Translations under genes and position numbers: made by a program
DNA from: a virus
Taxonomy: Duplodnaviria; Caudoviricetes
IMG/VR virus record: IMGVR_UViG_3300046051_000014
Coordinates: 1 to 59,327 of that record
DNA: 59,327 bases
Reading direction: 5' to 3' (one strand)
In this document: positions 10,240-20,703 of the stretch, in pieces
How the letters are laid out: every line of letters starts with the position of its first letter
Position numbering within the stretch: the stretch's first letter is position 1
Notes under the pieces: generated by a model
Seen by the model: only the letters and a program-made list of their open reading frames with translations
Told to the model about the DNA's origin: nothing
Database searches by the model: none

Positions 10240-10445
10240 AGATAGCCGAGTCCCGCCACGGCAAGGAGTTGTACGGACTCCACGACAACGACTTCCACCT
10301 TGCCGAGACCCAGGCACGAATGACGCCTCTACAACGGTTCGTCTACGTGCTCGCCAAGGATCACCACACGGACGACGAGTACAAGAAGCCGAGCGGGTTC
10401 CAGCAGTCCCAGGCCGTTCGCCAGGCCACGAACCAGTTCGCGTAA
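10227..10445 (+). CDS. -1 frameshift extension of tail assembly chaperone (G-T-like product)
   Basis: GGGAAAG at 10227-10233 in X XXY YYZ register; the -1 frame is open for 72 codons (GKVVEIAESRHGKELY...ATNQFA*). Confidence 0.75.
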   Translation, partial: GKVVEIAESRHGKELYGLHDNDFHLAETQARMTPLQRFVYVLAKDHHTDDEYKKPSGFQQSQAVRQATNQFA

Positions 10446-10514
10446 CTGGTCGAACGAGCGAGTCGTCCGACAAAGCCGCCGACGTTTCTACGAAAAGTCG
10501 GCGACACAACGGGG

Positions 10515-10860
10515 TCGTGCTCACGAGCCAATCTCGCGCTTCTAAGAGCCTCTGAGAGAACGACCTCCGATGACACTCAGCGTCGTCTCAAAGAGCATGA
10601 GCGTGCTCTCAGACACGCTCGTGAAGCGGTGAACACAAACCTCGGGCCACACGTGCGCGATAGACACGGACCTGTATCCAAACCACCAGAGGGCACAGGT
10701 TCGTGCTCACACGCCAATCTGAGGCCACACAGCGACACTGAGAAAGCCAGGACGCTGGCCCCTTACTTCTTCTTCAAAGAGACACACGCCCTGCTCACGG
10801 GCCGAGAAACAGCGAGAAACACGAACCCACAAGCTCACATGGCAGCCATCACACGTCCTT
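10515..10860 (+). repeat. Family B intergenic repeat, tandem units (186 bp period)
   Basis: TCGTGCTCAC..CCAATCT at 10515 and 10701; 20-mer GGTTCGTGCTCACACGCCAA identical to 46521-46540. Ends approximate. Confidence 0.8.
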
Positions 10861-10962
10861 GCCGAACGAGCCGTTCGGCAAAGTCTGGCAAAGAGGGCTC
10901 TTCGCCGACCTCGAAGTACAGGCACCCGAGCAGCAGGTTCGTGTTGAACGAGGGCCGCTAAC

Positions 10963-13900
10963 ATGGCTGACGTCGATAACCTCCGCATCGTTGTCGAGCT
11001 TGTTGACGAGTTTAGCGAGGAGGTGGACGAGCTTATCACGGAGATCGAAAAGCTCGGCCAGGACATTGACGAGCTTGACAACAAGGACATCGACCTCGAA
11101 ACTGCTTTTCACTACGAAGAGGAGCTTCAGGCCCTTGAACAGCGCCTCGACCTCTTTGAAGACGAGACCGAGCTAACCCTCGACGTCGACATTGCCGAGA
11201 GCGAGGAGTTGGCCGAGACTGTCTCGAAGATCGAGAGCCTGGAAGACCTCGAACCTCACGTCTCTGTCGATTTTGACGAGGAGGGCTATGAGTCTGTCGT
11301 CACCAAAGTCGAAGACGTCGATGGGGAGACTGCTGAGGTCACTGTCAGGTTTGACCGCTCTCGAACGGATCAGGTCACTGACTTCATCGGCGACCTGAAG
11401 AGCGAGTCCGTCGACGTGGACGTGGGCTTCGACGTCGATGAAGACACGGACCTACTTTCCGACATCGACACAGAGGTCGAGGCGACCCTCGGGTTCACCA
11501 CGGACGAGTCCTACGAGCAGGCCCTTGCCGAGATCGACAACCTGGCCGCCAAGAAGGCCACCGTCGACATCGACTTCAAGGACGCCAACTCGGTGGCGGC
11601 ACGTGGCTGGATCGAAGACATAGACGACGAGTGGGCCACCGTCCCCGTCTACTTCAACGAACGCTCCGAACGGGTTCGTGGCACGATCGCGGACCTGGAC
11701 GACCGCGAGGCCACCGTTGAAGTCGACTTCGAGCCCAAGAACGTCCAACGGGCCCTCGACCGTGTGGAGCGTGAGGTCACTGCCTCGTACAGCGACGTGG
11801 ATAGTGGGGTCCCCGATCGTGACCCCATTGAAGTGGAGGTCGACTTCGACGTCGAACGCACGGACCTGGATCGGGCACTCGACCGTGCCTCGGCGACACG
11901 GACCTCGGAAGTCAGATTCCAGCCAATCACCGAGCACGTCGATCAAGCACTCGACAGCCTCGAAGGCGAGGCCGTCACCGTCCCCGTCCACTTCACCGAA
12001 AGTAGCGAGGAGGGTGCCCGCGCCACGATCGAGCGCCTCGACGGGCGTGAAATAGAGGTCGACGTTGACTTCAACCAAGTCAGCGGGGCCCCAGTGCCGC
12101 CCACCGACAGGACCGTGGCTGTCGAGTTTACTGAAGAGAACCTCAACAGTATCGAGCGACGGGCAAACTCCTTGGAAGACGACCTCGCCACAGTTTCGAT
12201 AGACTTCGAGGCCGACGAGGCTGCCATCGAACGAGCCATCCAACAGGCAGAGGGCCGTGAGGCCCAGGTCCGTGCCACCCTGGACCCCGACTTCGAGCCG
12301 CTTCGTGAGGAGATCGCAGCCATTGAGGAGGGCACGGAGGTGGACATCGACGTCACCGTCCATATCGCCGATGAGATCAGGGAACTGAATAGTTACATTC
12401 GTGGCCTCGAAACCGAGGACGTGGACATCGAGGCCCGTCTCGACCTCACGGGCGAGGAGCCTCTGCTCACACAACTGGAGGCCTTTGAGGAGTACGAGGT
12501 AGACGTTCCTGTCAACCTCGAATACGAGGCTGCCCTCCTTGAGTTCTATGCAGCCATGGAGGCCCTTGAGACAGCGGGTGTCCACGTTCCTGTCTACTTC
12601 GACGCCAAGAACGACCCGAGCGAGGGGCTTGGGGAAATAGACATCGGTAAGGCAGAGGCAGGAGCCATCTTCGGTGGGGACGTCCCTGGATTCGGGGCGG
12701 GTGAAAACGGGCGGCGACGTGGTGGCTCCACGAGCGGGTTAGCCGCCAACGTCAAGGAACTGGTAGGGGGCCTCGATGACGTTGCCAAGGGCCTGACGGG
12801 CCGCGACCACGGTGGTGGAAAGGAGGGCCGTAGTCGCTTCGGACGTGGCGTGAGTCGAGTCTCTCGCTCACTCAGTGACCTTTCGCTGAGTATGAGCAGC
12901 GTGCATAACCTCTTCGCCGCGTTCGTGCCCCTGCTGATGGTCTTCATCGGGGCCCTGCCAGCCGCAATCGGCGGCGTGCTTGCCCTGGCCGCTGCGGCGG
13001 CCACGGCCGCGGGAGCCCTTGCCGCAATCGGTGGCCTGGGTGCCCTGGGCTTTGCAATGGCCCAAAGCCCTGGCGACGGGATGCCCTCGGCCGAGGACTT
13101 TAGTGAGATCGGCACGAGGCTGACGGAGAGCTTCTTCGAGAGCTTTGCCCCTCTTGCCGAGCAGTTGGCCCCCATCTTCGAGGACGGTCTTCGTGGACTG
13201 GAAGCCCTCTTCGATGAAATTGCAAAGCGGGGCGATGCCCTCTTGGAGTTGCGGGACGAGGCCCGTGCCTTCGGTGGGTTCGTCCTTGAGTACCTCCCTG
13301 GGTTCCTCGCCCGTCTCGCGGGAATGGCAGATCAGTTGTCGCCCGTCTTCGGTGAGATCGGCAAGTGGCTCCAGAACACGGACGTGGTGCAGGGCTTCAT
13401 CGACCTGTTCTACGATGCCTACCCCGCCATCGCACGGTTCGTGGGTGCCCTGATCGAGGCGCTGCCCATGCTCCTGAAGCTTTCGACGGGGCTGCTCCAC
13501 CTGGCCTCTATTGTCATCGGTCTGATTAGTTGGGTCGTGCAGCTTGCGGATGCCATCGGCATCCCTGGCGAGGCACTCGGCTTCTTGCTCGGGGTCGTGC
13601 TCCTCGTCATCACGGCCTTCTCGCTCCTCGGGTCCATCGCAGGTGCCATTAACGCCATCCTCCTCCTCACGAGCCAGATCACCCTCTCCTCGCTCGTGCC
13701 GAGCTTCATCGCTGCCAAGTTCGCCGCCCTGGGACTCTCGGGGGCCCTCTACGCCATTGCCACGGCCATCGCGGCCACTGGCATCGGTCTGTTGCTCGTG
13801 GGTCTCGGGATTCTGGTCGGGAAACTCATCAGTGCCGACAACAAGATGCAGGACCTCACCGACTCCATCAAGGACTTCGACAAGCAGGTCGGTCGGACCG

Positions 13901-14097
13901 ACGGGTTCAACCCATACGACCCGTCTGGTGGCGGGCCCCAGGGTCCTGGTGACGGAGGGCCACGTCCAGGCGGCCGTGCCACAAACAAGACCGTGAACAA
14001 CTATCACGCAAGTGGGGACCCCGAAGACGACCAGATGCGAATGAAGAAAATGCAGTACGACAATCAGCGTGCCCAGGCACGTCGCTCCAAGAAGTAA
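10963..14097 (+). CDS. Tape measure protein
   Basis: 1044 aa, after the chaperone gene; Ala/Gly/Leu-rich amphipathic and hydrophobic C-terminal half. Confidence 0.85.
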   Translation: MADVDNLRIVVELVDEFSEEVDELITEIEKLGQDIDELDNKDIDLETAFHYEEELQALEQRLDLFEDETELTLDVDIAESEELAETVSKIESLEDLEPHVSVDFDEEGYESVVTKVEDVDGETAEVTVRFDRSRTDQVTDFIGDLKSESVDVDVGFDVDEDTDLLSDIDTEVEATLGFTTDESYEQALAEIDNLAAKKATVDIDFKDANSVAARGWIEDIDDEWATVPVYFNERSERVRGTIADLDDREATVEVDFEPKNVQRALDRVEREVTASYSDVDSGVPDRDPIEVEVDFDVERTDLDRALDRASATRTSEVRFQPITEHVDQALDSLEGEAVTVPVHFTESSEEGARATIERLDGREIEVDVDFNQVSGAPVPPTDRTVAVEFTEENLNSIERRANSLEDDLATVSIDFEADEAAIERAIQQAEGREAQVRATLDPDFEPLREEIAAIEEGTEVDIDVTVHIADEIRELNSYIRGLETEDVDIEARLDLTGEEPLLTQLEAFEEYEVDVPVNLEYEAALLEFYAAMEALETAGVHVPVYFDAKNDPSEGLGEIDIGKAEAGAIFGGDVPGFGAGENGRRRGGSTSGLAANVKELVGGLDDVAKGLTGRDHGGGKEGRSRFGRGVSRVSRSLSDLSLSMSSVHNLFAAFVPLLMVFIGALPAAIGGVLALAAAAATAAGALAAIGGLGALGFAMAQSPGDGMPSAEDFSEIGTRLTESFFESFAPLAEQLAPIFEDGLRGLEALFDEIAKRGDALLELRDEARAFGGFVLEYLPGFLARLAGMADQLSPVFGEIGKWLQNTDVVQGFIDLFYDAYPAIARFVGALIEALPMLLKLSTGLLHLASIVIGLISWVVQLADAIGIPGEALGFLLGVVLLVITAFSLLGSIAGAINAILLLTSQITLSSLVPSFIAAKFAALGLSGALYAIATAIAATGIGLLLVGLGILVGKLISADNKMQDLTDSIKDFDKQVGRTDGFNPYDPSGGGPQGPGDGGPRPGGRATNKTVNNYHASGDPEDDQMRMKKMQYDNQRAQARRSKK

Positions 14098-14102
14098 GAA
14101 CC

Positions 14103-14146
14103 TGGCGACTCGTCGTCGCAGGTAGTCGCTAACGTCGAGACGTTAG
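14103..14146. repeat. Family C double-hairpin element (intergenic variant)
   Basis: TGGCGACT..AGTCGCTA plus TAACGTC-GA-GACGTTA; similar to 46300-46352. Confidence 0.7.
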
Positions 14147-14171
14147 ACCACAACGTACTCAGGACCAACAC

Positions 14172-14588
14172 ATGATAATCAAAGGCAGTGACACTGGCGG
14201 CGGACCAGTCAGCAGCGTCTCCCAATCCGTAGACGTTTCCATCGACGGCACGATCCCCGCCATTGTCGATGAAGTGGACTACGAGCACGAGGGTAAAATC
14301 TCGTCCATTACCACGACGTGTGGTGAGACCGAGAACCGTCGTGAGGCAAACCGCAATCCCACACTCACGATCGAGGGCTGGATCAGCGAACTGGAAATGG
14401 AGGGTATCAAGTCCCTGGACAAGGGCGAAAGCGTTCGCGTCGTCACCGACGTCCACACCAAGGACATGGTGGTCAAGAAAGTGAACATCACACAGACCTC
14501 GGGCGACGTCGGCATCCACATCGGGAACGTGGCCTACCTCATCTTCAAGTTCCAGGTCATCTTGCGCCAGAAACTTGAGGACCAGTAG
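14172..14588 (+). CDS. Tail tube initiator/baseplate protein
   Basis: Position after the tape measure gene; beta-rich. Confidence 0.55.
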   Translation: MIIKGSDTGGGPVSSVSQSVDVSIDGTIPAIVDEVDYEHEGKISSITTTCGETENRREANRNPTLTIEGWISELEMEGIKSLDKGESVRVVTDVHTKDMVVKKVNITQTSGDVGIHIGNVAYLIFKFQVILRQKLEDQ

Positions 14589-14746
14589 ATCATGAGCGTC
14601 GTGCATAACATGGGCGTGAAGTCTACAGGCCTGAGCAACACGCGCCTGGAAGCCAGGAACTTCGGCTACTGCGTTAGCCAGTCGCCAAAGACTGGCGGAG
14701 CACCCTTCGCCGACCTGACCGCCACGGGTGTGAAGGGGGCAGCGCC

Positions 14747-16153
14747 ATGAGTTGGGACCTTTGTGGACCAATCGACTCGGAGGTCCGTGTCGACGTCAAC
14801 AGCGGCGGTGGGTGGGCCCGTATCCCAGTCACGGAAGTCGAGCTTACGGAATCCAAGAACGGACCCGCCGACGTGAATCGGACCGCCGAGGTCAAGTTTC
14901 CGAGCGAGTGGCAGGACACGTCCGTCATAGACGAGGTACAATCCTACAAGGAAACCTCCGAGTACGACCTCGCCCGTGTGTTCTTCAACACCAGTGGAGC
15001 CTGGCACATCAAACACTACGGGTACGTGGGCTCGGTGGGACCTGCCCCACAGAACGGTGTCTCGCGGATGATGGTGTACGATCCTGCCGACCTGATGCGG
15101 TCGATCCAGGTCACTACCACCTTCGATGATCCTTCGATTAGCACAGTCCTGAACTTCATCGTCAACGACAGCGAGTACGGCATCAAAAACAGGACCGTCT
15201 TCGACAACGTGGGAGTCAGGGTCCTGGGTCCAAACAAGTTCGACGCCGAGGAGGGGGCTGAGGGGTTCTTCGAGGACCTGTTGAGCGGGCTCGTGGGCAA
15301 CCTCTTCGGTGCCACTGCGGGGGCACTGCTTGGCGGCAGTGCTGCACAGCTTGACGACGTTACCCAGACCCTCGTGGAGAAGCTGGAGGTGACGGAGGAC
15401 GTTGCCGAAGGCCTGGCAGACGCCTTCGGAATGGGGCACGTCAACTACCAAAAGAACCGTCACAACCTCACGGACGTGATGGACTGGGTGCTCGAATCCG
15501 CGGGAGGAAAGTGGGAGTTCAAGCCCCTACCAAACGGCACGACCCTGGTGTTCGACGTGGCTGGCCCGAACCAGGAACTCTTCCGCGGCAAGTTTGCGGG
15601 GATCGAGGCAGGCGGTAACGTCAGGGTCCTCGAAAACGACGCCTTGTATAACATCAAGCCCTTCAACAAACTCATCTACTATGGGAAGGCAGCCGACAGT
15701 ATTGAAGGAATCCTGAACACGCCAGGCGTTTTACTGGGCCAGCCCCCGCCCAACACGGACGAGTTCCCCGTTGTGTCCGTGACCAACACGGCCCTGCTCC
15801 AACGGGCGGGTGGCTACGAGTACGCCCCTGAAGTAATAGAGGGCGACAAGTCCAGGCTCGAAAACGCCGAACGGGCCGCCACCAAGCAGTTTCGTGAACT
15901 GTACGAGGGCGCTTCCCAGGGCACGATCGTGACCAAAGGCAAGGTGCAGATGAACCCATACGACTTCATCGACGCCATCCCCGTGTGTAACGGGACCTAT
16001 CCAAACGCCAATGCCGAGCCTCTCGGGTACGAGATCATGGACTGTCGCCACCACAAGAAGGCTGGTGAACGCTACAAGACCCATTGTAGTGTCACCCTAC
16101 AGTTCAGACCCACGGACCTGGAGATCGACAGCGAGATGAAGACCACCAACTGA
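14747..16153 (+). CDS. Baseplate hub protein
   Basis: 468 aa, synteny before the spike gene; C-terminal YEIMDCRHH..YKTHCSVT pattern typical of hubs. Confidence 0.7.
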   Translation: MSWDLCGPIDSEVRVDVNSGGGWARIPVTEVELTESKNGPADVNRTAEVKFPSEWQDTSVIDEVQSYKETSEYDLARVFFNTSGAWHIKHYGYVGSVGPAPQNGVSRMMVYDPADLMRSIQVTTTFDDPSISTVLNFIVNDSEYGIKNRTVFDNVGVRVLGPNKFDAEEGAEGFFEDLLSGLVGNLFGATAGALLGGSAAQLDDVTQTLVEKLEVTEDVAEGLADAFGMGHVNYQKNRHNLTDVMDWVLESAGGKWEFKPLPNGTTLVFDVAGPNQELFRGKFAGIEAGGNVRVLENDALYNIKPFNKLIYYGKAADSIEGILNTPGVLLGQPPPNTDEFPVVSVTNTALLQRAGGYEYAPEVIEGDKSRLENAERAATKQFRELYEGASQGTIVTKGKVQMNPYDFIDAIPVCNGTYPNANAEPLGYEIMDCRHHKKAGERYKTHCSVTLQFRPTDLEIDSEMKTTN

Positions 16154-16167
16154 CCTCCTCTACACTA

Positions 16168-17700
16168 ATGCCCGACGAGTCAAACCCGTTCACGAACGCC
16201 ACTGACACTGCACGAAAACAACGGGCCCGAGGAGCCTCCCAACAAGCAGAGGTCATGCAGACCTTCGACAGCGACGAGAACACGGCAAATCACCAACACT
16301 CCATCGTCGTGAGTCCCGTACAGGGCGGTTCCTCCAGGCTCGTGCCCTATCAGGTGTCCGTAATCGGCGACGTGGCCCTTCCACGGGTCGGGGATAAGGT
16401 AAACCTCGTGCAAACTCCTGGCGGCCATGAGTACGCCACTGGCGTCGTCTATCGACGTGACAACGACACCGACGTGGAGCCCGCCTACACCGCTGGCGAG
16501 CGACGTGTCGGTAACGCCCTCAACAACGCGAACGTGTTTCTCGACGAAGACGGAAACGCCACGTTGGAGGCCGTCGACACGGGCCACGCCATACTCAAGT
16601 CCTTCGGCGGACGGCTCGAACTTGACAACTTCGGAGACCTGTACGCCGAAGACCAGTCAGGCTCGATGTTACGGTTGTGGAACGACGATAACGGACACGT
16701 CCCTCACGAGCAAGTCGAGGACGACCCCAACACCGTGAAGGACGACGAGAACGAGACCATCACGGGCACGTGGACCTTTGACGAGGACATCCTCGTGTCC
16801 CTCAGCGGCCCGAAGGACGCACGACTCTGGGACAAGAACGACGAGCACATCCCCTTCACGAGCGTCGAGGAGCACCCGAAGGAAACCCACACAGACAGGG
16901 CCGAGACCATAGCAGCGACGTGGAAATTCGACTACAACATTCACGTTACCGATGGTGCCAACACGCTCAAGCTGTGGGACACCTCCGAGAGTCATGTTCC
17001 GTACACGAGCGTGCAAGAACACCCCGACGAAGCCCACACGAACAGGGACGAGAGTATTTCAGGCTCGTGGAGCTTCGAGGACAATACCTACGTGGACGAT
17101 TCACACCTCTATGTCATGGAGGATTCGGGCACCTCCTCGAACCACTGGCTTCGCTTCGGACAGGACGGTGGCAACGACTGGGGCATCAGTCGTTCGTACA
17201 ACAACGGACCGCTGACAATCTTCGATTACGACAGCTACAACGTCGCCATGGAGATACAGCCCTCTGGCGACATCGACCTGAACAAGAACCTCGACCTTCA
17301 GGACAACAAGATCGTAGGTGCCGAGATACTGCGATTCGAGGCCGATCCGTCCCAGTCCATTCAATACGACAGCGGCGCTGGAACCTTAAAGTTCTACGAC
17401 ACGAACAACGGTGGCGTGAGCTACAAAGGCGGTGGCGGCATCGAGCACCTGTTTCGAGCGTCCAAGAACCCCAGTTCCAACGGCGAGATTTTCAGGATCG
17501 AGTCCGCGGGTGGGGCCGTGCGCCTCGGCGTCGAGCACGACGGCAAAGTCTACACCGAAAACGACTACATCCGAGTTGGCACGGGCGACAACAACTACGG
17601 CAGCATACGTCTCGGCGAACAGGGTGCACGCATCGAGAAACAAAACGACGAGCTTGTTGCCTTTGACGATAACGGCAACTCCTACGTCCTTACCGCATGA
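16168..17700 (+). CDS. Baseplate central spike with long repeat-containing extension
   Basis: LPRVGDKVNL OB-fold motif of gpV/gp5-type spikes; three ~49-aa repeats; fibre-like C-terminus. Confidence 0.7.
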   Translation: MPDESNPFTNATDTARKQRARGASQQAEVMQTFDSDENTANHQHSIVVSPVQGGSSRLVPYQVSVIGDVALPRVGDKVNLVQTPGGHEYATGVVYRRDNDTDVEPAYTAGERRVGNALNNANVFLDEDGNATLEAVDTGHAILKSFGGRLELDNFGDLYAEDQSGSMLRLWNDDNGHVPHEQVEDDPNTVKDDENETITGTWTFDEDILVSLSGPKDARLWDKNDEHIPFTSVEEHPKETHTDRAETIAATWKFDYNIHVTDGANTLKLWDTSESHVPYTSVQEHPDEAHTNRDESISGSWSFEDNTYVDDSHLYVMEDSGTSSNHWLRFGQDGGNDWGISRSYNNGPLTIFDYDSYNVAMEIQPSGDIDLNKNLDLQDNKIVGAEILRFEADPSQSIQYDSGAGTLKFYDTNNGGVSYKGGGGIEHLFRASKNPSSNGEIFRIESAGGAVRLGVEHDGKVYTENDYIRVGTGDNNYGSIRLGEQGARIEKQNDELVAFDDNGNSYVLTA

Positions 17701-17918
17701 CTGAACAACAAGACTCTGCACACCGCGAGGACCCCGAACAAGACGTTGGCGACTCTTCGTCGCACGAAGATCGCCAGCGCCAAGGCGCAGCCGACGACAT
17801 GGACATGTACGCCACAACCGTCAGCGAGAACGACACCACATGGTTCTGCATCAAGGACCGCGACAGTGGAGCCTGGATTCGCTCGACCTTTAGCAAGAAC
17901 CTTCGGAAGTTCAGATAA
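17697..17918 (+). CDS. Small hypothetical protein containing a family C element in frame
   Basis: Overlaps both neighbours; WFCIKDRDSGAWIRS C-terminus. Confidence 0.6.
   Translation: MTEQQDSAHREDPEQDVGDSSSHEDRQRQGAADDMDMYATTVSENDTTWFCIKDRDSGAWIRSTFSKNLRKFR
17742..17795. repeat. Family C element, 54 nt identical to 34697-34750
   Basis: Exact match read base by base. Confidence 0.95.
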
Positions 17919-18295
17919 TGGAATACTTGAAGCAGGTCCAGGACATCGAGATCGACCGTAACAAGGACATCGTGATCGGTACACACGGCGACCTGGACCT
18001 CATCAGCGAACTGGATAACATCCACCAGTCCGTCGCCATCATGGTCATGCAGAACACGGCGCGGTACGTCGGCACGCCCGTCACGTCCAATACCCTGAAG
18101 AATCTGGAAACCGACATCCTCGAAAGCCTGAATCAGGACCCACAGATCGACCCTGTACGTCGCGTCGACATCTTCGCCTACGACGAGGCCGCCGATGAGA
18201 TCGAACTGGAAATCACGACCACAAAGAACGAGTCCTTCACGACCGCCATGACACTGCCCGACGAGATGGTGGACCTCGGATGGGACGTTCAGTAA
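17918..18295 (+). CDS. Baseplate wedge/sheath initiator (gp25-like)
   Basis: GDLDLISELDNIHQS and LNQDPQID..V motifs; precedes baseplate J. Confidence 0.75.
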   Translation: MEYLKQVQDIEIDRNKDIVIGTHGDLDLISELDNIHQSVAIMVMQNTARYVGTPVTSNTLKNLETDILESLNQDPQIDPVRRVDIFAYDEAADEIELEITTTKNESFTTAMTLPDEMVDLGWDVQ

Positions 18296-18371
18296 GTGAC
18301 GTGTCTACGATCAACAACACCTTGAACCACAACAGCAACCGCGACTGCACACGAGGACCCTAAAGCTACCC

Positions 18372-19667
18372 ATGCCCGTAATAGAAGGAAAGTACGTTAG
18401 CCTCAGCGAGGAGGAGATCAAGGAGTTTCTCGACCAGGAACTTATCCAGGAGTTCGGTCAGACGGCTGACCTCTCAAAAGACAGCGTGTTCGACACCCTC
18501 TCCACGATGGTGGCACGTACACTCGCCGAGAACCAGGAGCAGGCCCTTGAATACGTCCACGACTCGGCATTTCTGGATACTGCTACAGGTAAGGACCTGG
18601 ATCGGGTCGTCGCCATCGCGGGCATCAGTCGCTTCGCAGCCACCAAGGCCACTGGGGAAGTACGCTTCTACCGCAAACCAAGCTCTGATCCAGCGCCCCG
18701 AGACTTCATCATCCAAAAGGGCACAGTCGTGTCCACTCGGGGGCGTGATCAGAGCGCGGTGACATACGAGACCACCGAGAAGGTCACGCTCTCGAAGGGA
18801 AGCAAGGAGGCGTATGCGAACGTCCGTGCTGTCTACGGTGGCACGGATGGAAACGTCGGTGCCGACCAGGTTGTTGTCATGCCCACGCCCCCAGATGGGG
18901 TCGAGCGTGTCACCAACCCGAAACCGATCGGCGACCCGAACTACGTCAATCGCAACGGAGTGGCGAACGCCCCTGGCGAACCGCGAGAGACCGACCAGGA
19001 GCTACGGGATCGTATCCGTAAGATCAAGGCCGCGGGTGGCAACGCCACTGTCGACGCCATCGTCGGAACAATGCTCAACGACGTAGGCGTCAAGAGCGTG
19101 ACCGTCTTCGAGAACAAGACCGACAACGACCGTAGACCCAACGGTCTTCCGCCCGCAAGCTTCGAGTTGATCATCCACGGTGGCGACGACACTGAAATAG
19201 CCCAGGCCCTTCTCGACACCAAGGCCGTCACGTCCTGGGACTACGGTGGCATCCACGGCAACGAAGTAACCAGGACCGTGCGGGCCAAGTCCAATCAGCA
19301 GGCCTTTGATATGTCCTTCAGTCGTCCACCCGAGGTCAACCCCGAACTGGACATCTACCTGGTCGTCAACGACGACTATCGCGGTGACGACTTCGCCAAA
19401 GACGAGGCCATCAAATACATCGGCGGCGAGGTGAAGAGCGGCGACGTGTTCGGCGGCCGTGACACGGGTGAGGACATAGTGATCGACCAGCTAACGGACA
19501 GGCTCGTGGATAGCGACGACTACGGTATCAAAGGCGTGGCCGACGTTACATCATATCCAGCAATCACCAACAACAGCAATGGCCTCGACGTTATCGACGT
19601 CGGTGGCAGCGAGATCGCCCGTATAGCGAGCCGCAACGACATCGCCATCTACACGACCCAGGCATAA
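18372..19667 (+). CDS. Baseplate J-like protein
   Basis: FLDTATGKDLD, ATKATGEVRF, GTDGNV, VTNP and ETDQELRDR motifs. Confidence 0.92.
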   Translation: MPVIEGKYVSLSEEEIKEFLDQELIQEFGQTADLSKDSVFDTLSTMVARTLAENQEQALEYVHDSAFLDTATGKDLDRVVAIAGISRFAATKATGEVRFYRKPSSDPAPRDFIIQKGTVVSTRGRDQSAVTYETTEKVTLSKGSKEAYANVRAVYGGTDGNVGADQVVVMPTPPDGVERVTNPKPIGDPNYVNRNGVANAPGEPRETDQELRDRIRKIKAAGGNATVDAIVGTMLNDVGVKSVTVFENKTDNDRRPNGLPPASFELIIHGGDDTEIAQALLDTKAVTSWDYGGIHGNEVTRTVRAKSNQQAFDMSFSRPPEVNPELDIYLVVNDDYRGDDFAKDEAIKYIGGEVKSGDVFGGRDTGEDIVIDQLTDRLVDSDDYGIKGVADVTSYPAITNNSNGLDVIDVGGSEIARIASRNDIAIYTTQA

Positions 19668-19698
19668 GCACAGTCGTAAGTACACAGAGACCTGAACG

Positions 19699-20388
19699 AT
19701 GACAACTGGATACGGAATCGGCGGCTACGGGGAAGGAGGTTATGGTGTCGGCAGTCCCGAGTACGACCGTGAGAACATCTTCGACCGCCAGGCCATCGAC
19801 TTCGTGTCGGCGAACTGGTCGAACTACGGTATCAGTATAGACGAGCGGTCGAACACCTACGCCCTGATGCAGGCACTGACCTCACAATGTGACCGCATCG
19901 ACAAGGACCTCTCGGTGGTTCGCCAGGCCCGTCACATCGAGACGGCCGTGGGCAAGGAGGTAGATAGATTAGGCAAGATCGTGAGTGTCTCACGACGCGA
20001 CGGGGAAAGCGATCAACGCTTGAAAAAGAGGATCGTGCTTGCCTTCTACGCGGCCCGCACCACCTGTTCGTTTGACGAGTTTGCCCGCTTCACGATCGAA
20101 ATTCTCGACACGGACTTCAGCGACGCGGAGTTTTGGTATGACTTCGAGAACTATCACGCGACCATCTTCGTGTCCGCCTATCCAGAAACCTACAATCGAA
20201 GCCCCTTCACACGAGGCGAGATCGCCGACTACCTCGCGGAGGTCGTGCCCGCGGGCCATCGTGTGAACATCCAGGAACAGGGAACGTTCATCGTGAAGGA
20301 CGATGACGACACCGACGACCCCGATCGAGGACTGACGAGCGACGAGATCGAAACGGGTGGCGGGCTGGCATCCACACTAAGCGCGTGA
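19699..20388 (+). CDS. Baseplate wedge protein (P2 gpI/Mu gp48-like)
   Basis: TAVGKEVDRLGKIVSVSRRDGESD and VVPAGH motifs; follows J. Confidence 0.75.
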   Translation: MTTGYGIGGYGEGGYGVGSPEYDRENIFDRQAIDFVSANWSNYGISIDERSNTYALMQALTSQCDRIDKDLSVVRQARHIETAVGKEVDRLGKIVSVSRRDGESDQRLKKRIVLAFYAARTTCSFDEFARFTIEILDTDFSDAEFWYDFENYHATIFVSAYPETYNRSPFTRGEIADYLAEVVPAGHRVNIQEQGTFIVKDDDDTDDPDRGLTSDEIETGGGLASTLSA

Positions 20389-20602
20389 CAAACTCTTATA
20401 ATATTACACCATTGTGCAGCAATACACAGTAGTCGCACTACCCTACTGATTCACAATGGAGTGGACCAACAGTCTTTTACAGCAGTAGGCTGTTGTTGTA
20501 AGTGGGTAGGCTTTCGAGGTTTGTTTGCGGGTACCAGTGAAAAGTGGTTCCAGTTCCGTTCCTCTCTACAGGTTCTTGCGGTGCGCGAGACAGTGCGCGC
20601 CA
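20385..20602 (+). repeat. Family A conserved non-coding element, copy 1
   Basis: Shares ACTCTTATAATATTACACCATTGTGCAGCAAT and other blocks with three other loci. Confidence 0.95.
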
Positions 20603-20703
20603 CGGACCTGGCTCTAACGAGAGGTGTTAAACAGCACGGTCCTGGATCAACACTGACTTGAATCAACACGAACTTGCAATCGGACTAACGAGTACACAAC
20701 AAC

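Noticed and set aside
14592-14750. 52-codon ORF overlapping the hub start
   Set aside because: Atypical composition and partial family B-like sequence; not enough support to list.
20451-20669. ORFs translated from family A (CCCKWVG peptides), also 26453-26866, 46777-47001, 56714-56961
   Set aside because: Starts and lengths are not conserved between copies and the composition is non-acidic; they are by-products of the repeat.
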